Shown here: positions 11,257 through 21,656 of the stretch, piece after piece
Layout of the letters: the number at the start of each line of letters is the position of its first letter
Numbering within the stretch: position 1 is the stretch's first letter
Origin: an uncultured Pelagibacteraceae bacterium
GTDB lineage: Bacteria; Pseudomonadota; Alphaproteobacteria; Pelagibacterales; Pelagibacteraceae
Length of the DNA stretch: 64,000 nt
Direction of reading: 5' to 3'
Assembly (NCBI GenBank): GCA_902633595.1
Contig: CACPGV010000001.1
Coordinates: 6,977-70,976, forward strand
Translations under genes and position numbers: made by a program
The notes under the pieces: model-generated
Database searches by the model: none
What the model was told of the DNA's origin: nothing
The model's input: the letters and a program-made list of their open reading frames with translations, nothing else

Positions 11257-12520
11257 TTTTATTAATTACTTTCCAGCCAATATCTTTCCTATAAAAAATA
11301 TTTTTTAAATTCAATTTTTTTATAATATTAATTATTTTTTTTCTAATTATAAAAAAGTTATCTCCTATGGAGGTTATATTCAATATTCTACCACCATTTG
11401 ATCTTAATTTATTCATAATGAGTTTTGTTCCAGCATGATATATATAATCTGTCTTTAATAATTTGATTTTATTAACGTTATCTATTTGTAAATTTTTTTT
11501 ATAAGAACCAGGGTATCCTTTTGCACACAAAACAATCGTCATACTCTTTCTTTTTTCCCATTTAATTTGTGTATTTTTTAATTTGTTTGATATGGCGTTT
11601 TTAAAGATTCTAACAATATCAGTTTTTAATCTAGGTAAAATAACCTGGCATTCAGGATCTCCCATTCTAATGTTGTACTCTATTAAATATGGTTCATTAT
11701 TATTTATCATTAAACCCACATATAAAAAACCATTATAAGGATTTTTTTCTTTCCTAAGAGCTTTAAGAGTTGGCCTAACTATTTTTGATATTATTTTTTT
11801 TTCAACTTTTTTTGAAACAATAGGAGCTGGAGAGTATGCGCCCATTCCACCCGTATTTGGACCTTTATCTTTTTCATAAACTCGCTTGTGATCTTGGGCG
11901 GTACCAAAAAATTTAAAACTTTTATTATCTACAATTACAAAGTAGCTTGCTTCCTCTCCTACCAAAAATTCCTCCAAAACAACTTTTTTTGAAGACTTAA
12001 ATTTTCCATTAAATATCTCAGAAGTTTTTTTAATTACTTGTTTTGCTGTTTTACAAATTGTTACACCTTTCCCAGCAGCCAAGCCGTCAGCCTTTACTAC
12101 AATTGGAAGTTTACAAATATTTAAAAAATTTTTAACTTCCTCTACTTTTTTACAAACTTTAAACTTAGCTGTAGGAATATTATTTTTAGCACAGATCATT
12201 TTCATAAATGCTTTTGATCCCTCTAATTTTGAAGCGTATTTATTTGGTCCGAATACTTTGATTTTATTTTTTTTTAAATAATCAACGACCCCATTTACCA
12301 AAGGCTCTTCAGGACCGACAATGACTAAATCTATTTTAAAAAATTTGATAAATTTGAGTACTTTTTTAAAATTTAAAATGTCTACCTCAACATTGATTGC
12401 TATCTGGGAAGTACCGGCATTACCCGGGAAGCAAAATATTTTATTTACTAATTTTGACTCAAATATTTTTTTGCATAAAGCATGTTCTCTTCCGCCGCTA
12501 CCAATTAATCCAATATTCAT
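11243..12520 (-). CDS. purD: Phosphoribosylamine-glycine ligase
   Basis: IGSGGREHAL, GPE.PL..G, KADGLAAGKGV, GPNTGGMGAY; start reassigned to MNIGLIG at 12520. Confidence 0.97.
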   Translation of the reverse strand: MNIGLIGSGGREHALCKKIFESKLVNKIFCFPGNAGTSQIAINVEVDILNFKKVLKFIKFFKIDLVIVGPEEPLVNGVVDYLKKNKIKVFGPNKYASKLEGSKAFMKMICAKNNIPTAKFKVCKKVEEVKNFLNICKLPIVVKADGLAAGKGVTICKTAKQVIKKTSEIFNGKFKSSKKVVLEEFLVGEEASYFVIVDNKSFKFFGTAQDHKRVYEKDKGPNTGGMGAYSPAPIVSKKVEKKIISKIVRPTLKALRKEKNPYNGFLYVGLMINNNEPYLIEYNIRMGDPECQVILPRLKTDIVRIFKNAISNKLKNTQIKWEKRKSMTIVLCAKGYPGSYKKNLQIDNVNKIKLLKTDYIYHAGTKLIMNKLRSNGGRILNITSIGDNFFIIRKKIINIIKKLNLKNIFYRKDIGWKVINKNENY

Positions 12521-12545
12521 CTTAGATTTTATATTGTATAATTTA

Positions 12546-12743
12546 ATGATGAGTAAAAAAAAAGCTAAACTTATTTTTAAGCACAATTATTTCGAAATTG
12601 TTGAAGATGGCGACTATGTATTGTGTGCTATTTCTGGAAAAGAGATAAAATTACAAAATCTACATTATTGGAATGTGGATACACAAGAGGCTTATTTTTC
12701 TCCAGTAGAGGCAAACGAAAAATTCAAATCACAAAAAAAATAA
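12546..12743 (+). CDS. DUF2093 family small protein
   Basis: GDYVLCAISG..I.L..L.YWNVD.QEAY motif; likely start 12546 or 12549 rather than 12321. Confidence 0.85.
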   Translation: MMSKKKAKLIFKHNYFEIVEDGDYVLCAISGKEIKLQNLHYWNVDTQEAYFSPVEANEKFKSQKK

Positions 12744-12746
12744 TTA

Positions 12747-13604
12747 TTATTTCCACCTATTATGTGTCCAAATCCATTGACTTGGATTTCTCAAGATCAT
12801 TTTTTCTAAGTAAATATTTAATTCCCGAGTAAGTTCTAGTTTATTTTTAAATTTTTTAGGATTAATTGCTTTGTGAAACTCAATCTTAAATTTATTATTT
12901 TTATCTCTTTCGATGAAAACCGGTATAATTTCCAAATTAAATTTAATTGAAAGTTGTGCAGGCAAGGTGGTTGTAAGAGCAGGTTTATCAAAAAAAATAA
13001 TTTTTTCACCTTCACTCACTCTTTGATCAATCATCAGGGCAATACTATGTTTTTTTTTGATATATTCAATTGATTCTCTCACACCTGTGATTCCTTTTTT
13101 TATTTGATTAGAACAAACATATCTTTTTCGAAGTAATTCCATAAAAGGATTCAAAAAAAAATTATTGAGTGGTCTATAAATTGTTGCTAGGGGAATATTT
13201 TGTTTTGTAATTTCCATTGACATTAATTCAAAATTAGCCAAATGCCCAGAAATAAAAATTACTGGTTTATTTTTTTTTATTATTTGAGCTAAATTCTCTT
13301 TACCACTTAAAGTTATGTGAGATTTTTTCTTTTTAAAGTAATCTAAGAAAATATATTCAATAAATGTTTTCCCATAATTTATCCACATATTTTTAATAAT
13401 CTTTTTTTTATTCATGGAAGAATTTTTATTTAGAAATATATCTAGATTTTTATCAATAATTTTTTTTGATTTAAAAAAGGGGCCAATTATTAGAAACAAT
13501 TTAGAAAATAATTTTCTACTAAAATTTAACCCTAAAATTCGTGCTATTAAGAAAAATAAATAAATAAGTATTGACTGAAAAAAATAATTGATAATTTTAA
13601 TCAT
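12747..13604 (-). CDS. lpxL: Lipid A late acyltransferase (LpxL/HtrB family)
   Basis: H.ANFE (HX4E), IYRP.NN, DQ, QWIW.HNRWK. Confidence 0.88.
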   Translation of the reverse strand: MIKIINYFFQSILIYLFFLIARILGLNFSRKLFSKLFLIIGPFFKSKKIIDKNLDIFLNKNSSMNKKKIIKNMWINYGKTFIEYIFLDYFKKKKSHITLSGKENLAQIIKKNKPVIFISGHLANFELMSMEITKQNIPLATIYRPLNNFFLNPFMELLRKRYVCSNQIKKGITGVRESIEYIKKKHSIALMIDQRVSEGEKIIFFDKPALTTTLPAQLSIKFNLEIIPVFIERDKNNKFKIEFHKAINPKKFKNKLELTRELNIYLEKMILRNPSQWIWTHNRWK

Positions 13605-14532
13605 ACAAAGACTTTATTTTACTAAGAAATTTTTCCTTTTCATAAATTTCCAAAGTTACTTTTAGATAATTTATTTTGTCCAAGTTAAATTTATTTACTT
13701 TAAAATAATCTTTTTCTGTCATTATAATTTGAAAATTACTATTTTTAGCCTCATCAATAATATCTTGTATTTCATTTCTTGAAAATTCATAATGATCGGG
13801 GAAAGTAATTTTTTTTATAACATTTAAATTATTTTTCTCCATCATTTGAAAAAAATTTTCAGGGTTTCCTATTCCAGCTATTGCAAGTAACTTTTTATTT
13901 TTGAATTCTTCCAAATTTGTAGGTTTATACGATGAATAAAATATTTCTATTTTTTTATTAATATTTAAGATTTTGTTTTCAAAATCTTGTACTTTACTTC
14001 CATTAATTAAAACTATATCAACATTTTCCAATGCATATAAATTTTCCCTTAAAGGGCCAGCAGGTAAAACCAGTCCATTCCCTATTAATTGATTGCTATT
14101 GAAACATACTATTTTTTGGTTTTTCTTAATTTTATAATCCTGAAGACCATCATCTAATATAGCAATATCAAAATCTGAGTCTTCAGCCTCTTTTAATCCC
14201 ATAAGTCTATTTTTGGTTACTATCAAATTTTTAAAATGATTCTTGATAAGATAATATTCATCATTATGATGCTTATAATACTTTCTCAAAATTACAGTTT
14301 TTTTTCCTAATCTTGAGAGTTCTTTTGCTAAAAGCACTGAAGTGGGAGTTTTACCAGTACCACCTATGTAAATATTACCTACACAAATAATTGGAATCTT
14401 AAATTTTCTCCCTTTAACAATTTTTTTTTTTAAAAAAATGAGAAAGAGGAAAACTAAAGATAAAGGAAAAAACAAAATTGAGAGAAAACCGATTTTTTTG
14501 TCCCAAAATTTTGGTTTATTTATTTTTATCAT
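13597..14532 (-). CDS. lpxK: Tetraacyldisaccharide 4'-kinase
   Basis: VGNIYIGGTGKTP, DDGLQD, PAGPLRE, FPDH, TEKD. Confidence 0.95.
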   Translation of the reverse strand: MIKINKPKFWDKKIGFLSILFFPLSLVFLFLIFLKKKIVKGRKFKIPIICVGNIYIGGTGKTPTSVLLAKELSRLGKKTVILRKYYKHHNDEYYLIKNHFKNLIVTKNRLMGLKEAEDSDFDIAILDDGLQDYKIKKNQKIVCFNSNQLIGNGLVLPAGPLRENLYALENVDIVLINGSKVQDFENKILNINKKIEIFYSSYKPTNLEEFKNKKLLAIAGIGNPENFFQMMEKNNLNVIKKITFPDHYEFSRNEIQDIIDEAKNSNFQIIMTEKDYFKVNKFNLDKINYLKVTLEIYEKEKFLSKIKSLYD

Positions 14533-15799
14533 CTAAAAAATTATCAATAAGCATCATTGTATCAGTAAAAGTTTTTTCTCCTAAAGTATTTAATAAATCT
14601 TTATTTTCATGGTTTTGTTTTTGAGGGTTTTTTAAATCTAATGATAAATTTTTACTTAGTTCCTCAAAATTTTCTACTTTTTTTGAAATATTATTTTTTT
14701 CCAAAATTTTATATATGTCCTCAAAATTATAAACAAAGGGCCCATGGTAAACTTTACATTCTAGTTTTGCGGCCTCGATTGGATTTTGTCCTCCAACATC
14801 CTTAAGTTTTGCAATCATCGATTTTCCTATAAATACGCTTTTAGCATATTTAAAATAATTCTTTAAAGCGCCAAAATAGTTAATGATTATTATTTCTTTT
14901 TTATCTAAAATATTTTGTTTCTTATTTAATATTTGAGCTTCAAGTCCTAATTTTTCTGATAAAGATTTTATTTCTTTGGACCTTTCAACATGTCTTGGAG
15001 CGATAATTGTGATTATATCATTAAAGCTTTCTTTCAGTTTAATGTGAGTTTTTAAACAAAATAAATCTTCTTCTTTGTGCGTGCTTGCCGCAAACCAAAA
15101 TCTTTTTTTTTCTAAAAAATTTTTATTGAAATTTTCTATTTCTATCTCATTTATAGGATCATATAATTTTATGTTTCCCTTAAAATAAACATTTTTAAGA
15201 TTTAATTTTTCCAAAAAATTTTTTGTTTCTAAATTAGAACATAAAAATAAATTAAATACTCTAAAAATTTTTTGAGTAATGTTTGGAAAAATCATCCACT
15301 TGCTAATTGATTTTGATGTTAAACGAGCATTAAAAAGAGCTATTGGAATTTTATATTTCTTTGTTTTAAAAATTAAATTTGGCCAAATCTCTGAGTCTAC
15401 AAGGAATATTTTATCAGGCTTCCAAGAGCGTATAAATTTATCAATTAAAAAATCCACATCAAATGGTAGATATCTATGTTCTGCATTTTTAATTTTTCTC
15501 AATTCTATTTCAGCGAGATTTCCCGAACTTAACGAAGAGGTAGTTATTAAAAACTTTAAATGTTGATACTTTGTATTTAATTGATTGATAACTGGAATTA
15601 TACTTTTAAATTCACCAAGACTTGAAGCGTGAAACCATATTAATTTAGATTTTTTTTTATTAACTACTCTAAAATGTGAAACTAAAATTTTTTCTTTAAA
15701 CCTTTCTGGATCCTCTTTTTTCATTATTATTCTAAAATAGATAAATATAAATAGAAATGGATACAAAATTGTTGTTAAGACTCTATAAACAAGAAACAT
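14516..15799 (-). CDS. waaA: Kdo transferase
   Basis: WFHASSLGE, SEIWPN, AASTH, APRH.ER, GGQNPIEAA. Confidence 0.95.
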   Translation of the reverse strand: MFLVYRVLTTILYPFLFIFIYFRIIMKKEDPERFKEKILVSHFRVVNKKKSKLIWFHASSLGEFKSIIPVINQLNTKYQHLKFLITTSSLSSGNLAEIELRKIKNAEHRYLPFDVDFLIDKFIRSWKPDKIFLVDSEIWPNLIFKTKKYKIPIALFNARLTSKSISKWMIFPNITQKIFRVFNLFLCSNLETKNFLEKLNLKNVYFKGNIKLYDPINEIEIENFNKNFLEKKRFWFAASTHKEEDLFCLKTHIKLKESFNDIITIIAPRHVERSKEIKSLSEKLGLEAQILNKKQNILDKKEIIIINYFGALKNYFKYAKSVFIGKSMIAKLKDVGGQNPIEAAKLECKVYHGPFVYNFEDIYKILEKNNISKKVENFEELSKNLSLDLKNPQKQNHENKDLLNTLGEKTFTDTMMLIDNFLDDKNK

Positions 15800-15800
15800 T

Positions 15801-17543
15801 TTATTTTAGTTGTTTTTGATACAGCGATTTGTATTCTTCACAATTATTTATTAAAAAATCATGATCTCCTGAGTCTATAATCCTTCCTTCTTTCATAACA
15901 AAAATTTTGTCTGCGTTATGAATAGTCGAAAGTCTGTGAGCAATAACTAAAGTTGTTTTGTTCTTAATTAGATTATTAATAGCATTTTGTACAATTTCTT
16001 CAGACTCTGCATCTAAAGAGGAAGTAGCCTCATCTAACAAAATAATTGGGGATTCCTTTAATATTGCTCTTGCTATTGATATTCTCTGTTTTTGGCCTCC
16101 CGAAAGTCTTACTCCATTCTCACCAATCATGGTGTTATAACCTTGGGGTAATTTATTTATGAACTCGTCTGATGCTGCGAATTTACAAGCTTCAACAATC
16201 TCTTTTTCAGAAGCTTCAGGTTTAGCGTAGGCAATATTGTTTTTTACAGTATCATCGAATAAAATTACATCTTGGCTTACTAAAGATAGTTTTTTTCTAA
16301 GTGAATAAAGGGAGACATTTTTTATATTTTGGCTGTCAATTTCTATAGATCCTTTCTGAGGATCATAAAACCTTGGAAGTAAATTTATTATGGTACTTTT
16401 TCCGGCTCCACTTTGACCAACAAAAGCGGTCATAGTATTACCCTTAACATCAAAACTTATTGATTTAATGGCTTGTTCATTAGTAGAGTCATATTTAAAT
16501 TCTATATTATTAAATTTAATATCAGAATTTTTTAAAATTAATTTTGGTGCATCAGCTAATTCTTTGATTTTTATATCCATATCAATAATGTCACTAATTC
16601 TCTTAAATGCCGCTGCACCTTGATAAGCAGCCATATTGATTGTAGCTAAAGACCTTATTGGTTGATAAGCCAGCATCATTGCTGCTAAGAAAGAAAAGAA
16701 GTTGTTTACTCCTAACTCTCCAGATGCAATGAGTTTACCTGAAAAAATTATGAAGCCAGCAATCATAAAACCTGTTAATGTTTCCATTATTGGAGTTGCT
16801 CTAATCATGACACTTCCAATCTTTATATTTTTTTCTACAAGATCATCAATTACTTGATTAGCTTTTTTATTTTCCTCAATTTCTTTCTGATAAATTCTAA
16901 TCATTTTGGAGCCTTTAAAAATTTCAGTTAAAAATGATGCTAGATTTCCTGATGATATTCCTGCCTCAGATGTAGCTTTACCAATTCTTTTACCTAAAGA
17001 TTTTGCAAGTCCTCCAGCTAAAGGCATCATTAAAATTGCAAATAAAGCCAATTTCCAATTTTGGTAAAACATTAATGAAACTAACGCTATGACTGAAAAC
17101 GTATCTTTCATTAAATTTAATACACCTGAACCGACAAGACTTTGCACATGATGAGTATCATACATAACATTTGAGATGTATTTACCAGAGTGTCTATTAT
17201 CTAAAGTTTGAATATCAGATGTTAAAATATTATTTGCAACTTTTTTTTGAAGCGCTCCTGCAACCTCTTCAGCAACTCTTATAATATTAATTCTAGCAAA
17301 ATAAAGAGACAACCCTTTACTTGAAAATGCTATAACAATTAATAAAGGTATTGACCAAGCAAAAACTTTATTTTGCTCGATAAATATTTTTTTTACAGCC
17401 GGATCCAATAACCAAGCTATACCAGTTGTGCTTCCAGCAACTATAAGAGATAATATTAAAGCTATAAAAATTCTCTTCAGATGTTGTTTAACATATTCTT
17501 TATAAAGTCTTATTAAAATAATTTTAAGTTCATCTAGTTTCAT
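15801..17543 (-). CDS. msbA: Lipid A flippase ABC exporter
   Basis: TM domain plus GQSGAGKST, LSGGQKQR, LDEATSSLD; in lipid A cluster. Confidence 0.88.
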   Translation of the reverse strand: MKLDELKIILIRLYKEYVKQHLKRIFIALILSLIVAGSTTGIAWLLDPAVKKIFIEQNKVFAWSIPLLIVIAFSSKGLSLYFARINIIRVAEEVAGALQKKVANNILTSDIQTLDNRHSGKYISNVMYDTHHVQSLVGSGVLNLMKDTFSVIALVSLMFYQNWKLALFAILMMPLAGGLAKSLGKRIGKATSEAGISSGNLASFLTEIFKGSKMIRIYQKEIEENKKANQVIDDLVEKNIKIGSVMIRATPIMETLTGFMIAGFIIFSGKLIASGELGVNNFFSFLAAMMLAYQPIRSLATINMAAYQGAAAFKRISDIIDMDIKIKELADAPKLILKNSDIKFNNIEFKYDSTNEQAIKSISFDVKGNTMTAFVGQSGAGKSTIINLLPRFYDPQKGSIEIDSQNIKNVSLYSLRKKLSLVSQDVILFDDTVKNNIAYAKPEASEKEIVEACKFAASDEFINKLPQGYNTMIGENGVRLSGGQKQRISIARAILKESPIILLDEATSSLDAESEEIVQNAINNLIKNKTTLVIAHRLSTIHNADKIFVMKEGRIIDSGDHDFLINNCEEYKSLYQKQLK

Positions 17544-17544
17544 T

Positions 17545-18405
17545 TTATAAATTTATTGAAAAAATACTTAAAAATAAAAATAATCCTGAAAAATTATTAA
17601 ATTTAAAAAGTTTTAAATATTTTTTTTTTTCATTTTTTTTAAGTTCAATTAATTGATATATGAGAGTTAAAACATAAAGTATAAAAAAAAAAGTAAAAAT
17701 ATTTTTTCCAAAAAAATCTAAAAATATATAAAATATTAAAGACATAGAAATTAAATAAGAAATTGAAACAAATAATCCAATATTATTTTTAAATTTTATT
17801 GATGTAGATTTTAATCCAATTATTTCATCATCTGACATATCTTGAGCTCCATAAATCGTGTCATAGCCCAATGTCCAAAATATGGCTGATATATAAAGAG
17901 TAATAATTTCAGCAGATATATTATTATTTATTGCGGACCAGGCCATTATAATTCCCCAATTAAAAGTTAAACCTAAAAATAACTGAGGCCAGTAAGTTAT
18001 TCTCTTCATAAAAGGATAAAGGAAGGCTAGTATCATTGAGCTCATGCCTAGGATAATTGTAAATAAGTTAAATTGTATTAAAATAAAAAAAGCAATTAGA
18101 CAAATTATTAAAACATAAGTCAGAGATTTTACGACCGATATTTTACCAGCAGCAATGGGACGCGTTTTCGTTCTCCTTACTTTTTTGTCGAAATCTTTAT
18201 CTACAATATCATTGAAAACACACCCTGCACTTCTCATCAACACTGAACCAAAAAAAAATAAAGATAAGTAATAAATAAATAAACTCAAGTTTTGATCAAA
18301 ATAATGTGCGTAAGCTAAACCCCAAGAACAAGGCCAAAATAAAAGCATAAAACCAATGGGCTTGTTAAGTCTAGTTAATTCAATGAAAATTTTTAAATGT
18401 TGCAT
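17545..18405 (-). CDS. ubiA: 4-hydroxybenzoate polyprenyltransferase
   Basis: RLNKPIG, MRSAGC..ND..D..FD..V.RT..RP, YDTIYG.QD..DD. Confidence 0.95.
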   Translation of the reverse strand: MQHLKIFIELTRLNKPIGFMLLFWPCSWGLAYAHYFDQNLSLFIYYLSLFFFGSVLMRSAGCVFNDIVDKDFDKKVRRTKTRPIAAGKISVVKSLTYVLIICLIAFFILIQFNLFTIILGMSSMILAFLYPFMKRITYWPQLFLGLTFNWGIIMAWSAINNNISAEIITLYISAIFWTLGYDTIYGAQDMSDDEIIGLKSTSIKFKNNIGLFVSISYLISMSLIFYIFLDFFGKNIFTFFFILYVLTLIYQLIELKKNEKKKYLKLFKFNNFSGLFLFLSIFSINL

Positions 18406-18415
18406 GAAATATTAC

Positions 18416-18444
18416 TTGTAAATATCAAACACTAACTTCATAAT
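18416..18444 (+). promoter_or_regulatory. Sigma70-type promoter of the DUF2721 gene
   Basis: TTGTAA-N17-CATAAT, 14 nt upstream of the ATG. Confidence 0.55.
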
Positions 18445-18458
18445 CAATTCGATTCGAA

Positions 18459-18869
18459 ATGAATATAGATTACACAGTAGCGGCTTTAATGTTTCCAGCC
18501 ATACCTTTGATGATGACTATGTATAGCAACAGATTTCATACTCTAAGTGCTTTAATAAGAAAAATACATGACCAATATACTTTCGAAAAAAAAATTCCTC
18601 CAGAATGGGAAAATCAATTACACGTTTTAAATAAAAGGACTAATTATCTTAAATACGTAATGGGATTTGCTGCATTTGGATTTTTATTTAATATGGGTAC
18701 TGTTTTAATGCTTTACCTGGGACTTTTTCAAACAGCGAGACTTATATTTGCAGGATGTTGTATTTGTATGATCATCTCAATTTTTTTATTTATGCAAGAG
18801 ATTAGACTTTCCAATCAAGCTCTTAAGTATCATTTAAGTGATATGGACTCTATGAAAAAAGATTTATAA
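18459..18869 (+). CDS. DUF2721-like membrane protein
   Basis: FPAIPL....YSNRF..L..LIR, three hydrophobic helices, EI.LS..AL. Confidence 0.75.
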   Translation: MNIDYTVAALMFPAIPLMMTMYSNRFHTLSALIRKIHDQYTFEKKIPPEWENQLHVLNKRTNYLKYVMGFAAFGFLFNMGTVLMLYLGLFQTARLIFAGCCICMIISIFLFMQEIRLSNQALKYHLSDMDSMKKDL

Positions 18870-18871
18870 TT

Positions 18872-19135
18872 TTATTTTTTTTCAAGAAGATTTTTTTTAA
18901 ATAAAGATATCCCGCTATTTTTTTTATGATCGTAAGACTCTTTAAAAGTTTCTAATTGCCAACCTTGCATTCTAGTAATGATCATTTTTAAATTTTTTTC
19001 TTTCCATTCATTTTTAGTATTTTCATCTTTCCAAAACTTTTTCTCTTCATTGGTTCTAGCACAACCATAACAATAGCCTGATAAAGGATCAGTTCTGCAT
19101 ATACTTATACAAGGAGATATTACTTTCTTAATCAT
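18872..19135 (-). CDS. DUF1289 family cysteine-rich (putative Fe-S) protein
   Basis: SPCISIC.......CYGCART.EE...W. Confidence 0.85.
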   Translation of the reverse strand: MIKKVISPCISICRTDPLSGYCYGCARTNEEKKFWKDENTKNEWKEKNLKMIITRMQGWQLETFKESYDHKKNSGISLFKKNLLEKK

Positions 19136-20109
19136 TAAGGAATTAATATTGCTGGACCGGTCAATTTTCTTGCCTCTAAGTCTTTGTGTGCTTGATTTGC
19201 ATCTATCAGATTATATTCCATAGCAATTTTGATTTTAATTTTTCCATATTTAACTTTTTCAAAAATTGAGTCTGCACCAGCTTGAAGCTCTTTTCTATTA
19301 GTAAAATATTGGCCGATTGATGGTCTCGTTAAGTAAAGACCTTTTGGTTGGATATCTTTTGGGACATTAACTGGATCTAAAGGGCCAGAGGCATTTCCAA
19401 AACTTACCATCGTTCCTCTTGTTTTAAGTGAAGCCAAAGAGCCTTTAAAAGTATTTTTACCAACCCCATCAAATACTGCAGGAACTCCCTCATTATTTGT
19501 AATTTCCATTACCTTTTTTGCAAAATCTTCTTTAGTATAATTTATTACGTGCGCGTAACCATTTTCCTCAGCAATTTTAATTTTTTCATCTGAACCCACT
19601 GTACCAATTACTTTTGCACCAATACTGTTAGCCCACTGAGCAAATATTTGACCCACTCCACCGGCTGCAGCATGAAATAAAACTGTTTCACCTGCTTTAA
19701 GGATATAAGTTTTACAAATTAAATAATTTGTTGTTAATCCTTTTGTCATTAAAGTAGCAGCTTGTTTATGCGAAATTCCATCCGGAACTTTTACAGCTAT
19801 TTTAGCTGGAATAATTCTTTGTTGTGAATATGCACCAAGTGGCACAGAAGCGTAGGCGATATTATCTCCTTTATTAAATTCAGATACATCGGATCCGACT
19901 TCTTCAACTTTTCCTGCAGCCTCTAAACCAATTCCACTTGGTAATTTTAGAGGATAAAGACCAGACCTATGATATGTATCAATATAATTTAATCCAATGG
20001 CATAATTAGTAACTTTAATTTCATCCGGACCAGGAGAACCAACTTTAACGTCTTGAAGTTCTAAAACTTCAGGTCCACCATTTTTTTTTATTATTATTGA
20101 TTTAGGCAT
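19135..20109 (-). CDS. qor: NADPH:quinone oxidoreductase (zeta-crystallin type)
   Basis: GLNYID.Y.RSG.YP, HAAAGGVG, DGVG, FGNASG. Confidence 0.93.
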   Translation of the reverse strand: MPKSIIIKKNGGPEVLELQDVKVGSPGPDEIKVTNYAIGLNYIDTYHRSGLYPLKLPSGIGLEAAGKVEEVGSDVSEFNKGDNIAYASVPLGAYSQQRIIPAKIAVKVPDGISHKQAATLMTKGLTTNYLICKTYILKAGETVLFHAAAGGVGQIFAQWANSIGAKVIGTVGSDEKIKIAEENGYAHVINYTKEDFAKKVMEITNNEGVPAVFDGVGKNTFKGSLASLKTRGTMVSFGNASGPLDPVNVPKDIQPKGLYLTRPSIGQYFTNRKELQAGADSIFEKVKYGKIKIKIAMEYNLIDANQAHKDLEARKLTGPAILIP

Positions 20110-20133
20110 TTTAAATGGAAAGTACTTGAACTT

Positions 20134-20976
20134 TTAATATTTAGCAAATGTTCCGTTATTATAATCTTCAATGGCCTCAAGTATTTCAGACTTTGTATTC
20201 ATTACAAAAGGTCCACCTCTTGCTATTGGTTCACCAATTGGTTTTCCAGCAATGAATAAAAATTCTGATTTTTTATTGGCTCTAACGGTAAGCTTATCAC
20301 CCCTCTCAAGTAAAATTAAACTTGAGTCAAAGGTTTTACTGTGTTCTCTTTCACCTATTTTTAATTCACCTTTAAGCAAATATATAAAACTATTATGTCC
20401 CTCTGGAGCATCAAAATTGAATTCTTTGCCTTCATTTAAAACCACATGAAAATATATTGGTTCAACATTATGATTTTTTTCAGGTCCTTCAACATTTTTA
20501 TATTTTCCAGAAATTACTTTAACAATTTTGTCATTATCTTTATAAGATCCAAGTTCATTACCTTTAATATAAAGATACTCGGGTTTATTTTTTTTTAATT
20601 TAGCTGGCATGTTAATCCATAATTGAAAACCTAATAATTTACCTTCTTTCATAGCTGGCATTTCTGAATGAATAATCCCTCTTCCTGTTTTCATCCATTG
20701 AACATCACCGGAAGCCATAACCCCTTTAGCACCAGTGCTATCCTGATGTTCAAACTCGCCATTTAACATGTAAGTAACTGTTTCAATTCCTCTGTGAGGA
20801 TGAGGAGGAAAACCGGCTATATAATCATCTTTGTTTTCTGATCCAAACTCATCAAGCATTAAAAAAGGATCAATATAATCTGCTTCTGGAGTCCCAATAC
20901 TTCTTTTTAATTTTACCCCAGCCCCATCTGAGGCATTTAAGGCTTTTACAATTTTTTTTACTTCAATTTTAATCAT
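20134..20976 (-). CDS. Pirin family protein
   Basis: DPFLMLD, GFPPHPHRGIETVTY, GIIHSE, QLWIN, GPFVMN. Confidence 0.95.
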   Translation of the reverse strand: MIKIEVKKIVKALNASDGAGVKLKRSIGTPEADYIDPFLMLDEFGSENKDDYIAGFPPHPHRGIETVTYMLNGEFEHQDSTGAKGVMASGDVQWMKTGRGIIHSEMPAMKEGKLLGFQLWINMPAKLKKNKPEYLYIKGNELGSYKDNDKIVKVISGKYKNVEGPEKNHNVEPIYFHVVLNEGKEFNFDAPEGHNSFIYLLKGELKIGEREHSKTFDSSLILLERGDKLTVRANKKSEFLFIAGKPIGEPIARGGPFVMNTKSEILEAIEDYNNGTFAKY

Positions 20977-20993
20977 GAAATAATTATATATGA

Positions 20994-21653
20994 TTATATT
21001 ATTTTAAGTAACTGCGTTAAATCGCTGATTATATCTTTTGGTTTAAAATCAAGATTATCAAAAATAGCTTTATTTCTATTAACCCATATAGAGTTGTAAC
21101 CATAATTTCCACCTCCAGAAACATCCCAAGTATTGGCACTCAAAAAAGTAATTTCAGAAGAATTTATCTTGTATTTTTTTACAGGCATGTCGTAAACTTT
21201 TGAATCTGGTTTATAAATCCCAACATCTTCAATTGAGAATAGATCATCAAATAAATTGTCTAATTTATTACTTTTAACTAATTCATTCAAAAGTTCTTGA
21301 GTGCCATTAGATAATATAGCTAATTTGAAACCTTTATCTTTTAATTTTCCAAGTATCTCTTTAACTTCTGGATAGGGAGACAATATCTTATAAAGATTTA
21401 ATAAATCCTTTTTCATACTCATATCTATATTAAAAACTTTCATGGATTTATCTAAACTTTCTTCTGTGACTTTCCAAAAATCCTTATGTCTTTTCATTAA
21501 GCTTCTAAGCCAAGTATATTCAAGTTGAGTTGTTCTCCAAAAATTTGCAAATCCTTCCCACTTATCTCCAATTTTACCTTTGCATTTTTCTGCTGCAGAA
21601 TTTACGTCAAACAAAGTTCCGTAAGCATCAAAAACTATGACTTTTGTATCCAT
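20994..21653 (-). CDS. Haloacid dehalogenase type II
   Basis: FDAYGTLFD, WR..QLEY.W, LSNG, YKP, SAN.WD. Confidence 0.92.
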   Translation of the reverse strand: MDTKVIVFDAYGTLFDVNSAAEKCKGKIGDKWEGFANFWRTTQLEYTWLRSLMKRHKDFWKVTEESLDKSMKVFNIDMSMKKDLLNLYKILSPYPEVKEILGKLKDKGFKLAILSNGTQELLNELVKSNKLDNLFDDLFSIEDVGIYKPDSKVYDMPVKKYKINSSEITFLSANTWDVSGGGNYGYNSIWVNRNKAIFDNLDFKPKDIISDLTQLLKII

Positions 21654-21656
21654 GAT

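Noticed and set aside
12321-12832. Long N-termini of purD (12586) and DUF2093 (12321), and ORF 12623-12832
   Set aside because: Extensions overlap the opposite gene and lack family motifs; the third ORF is an alternate frame over two real genes
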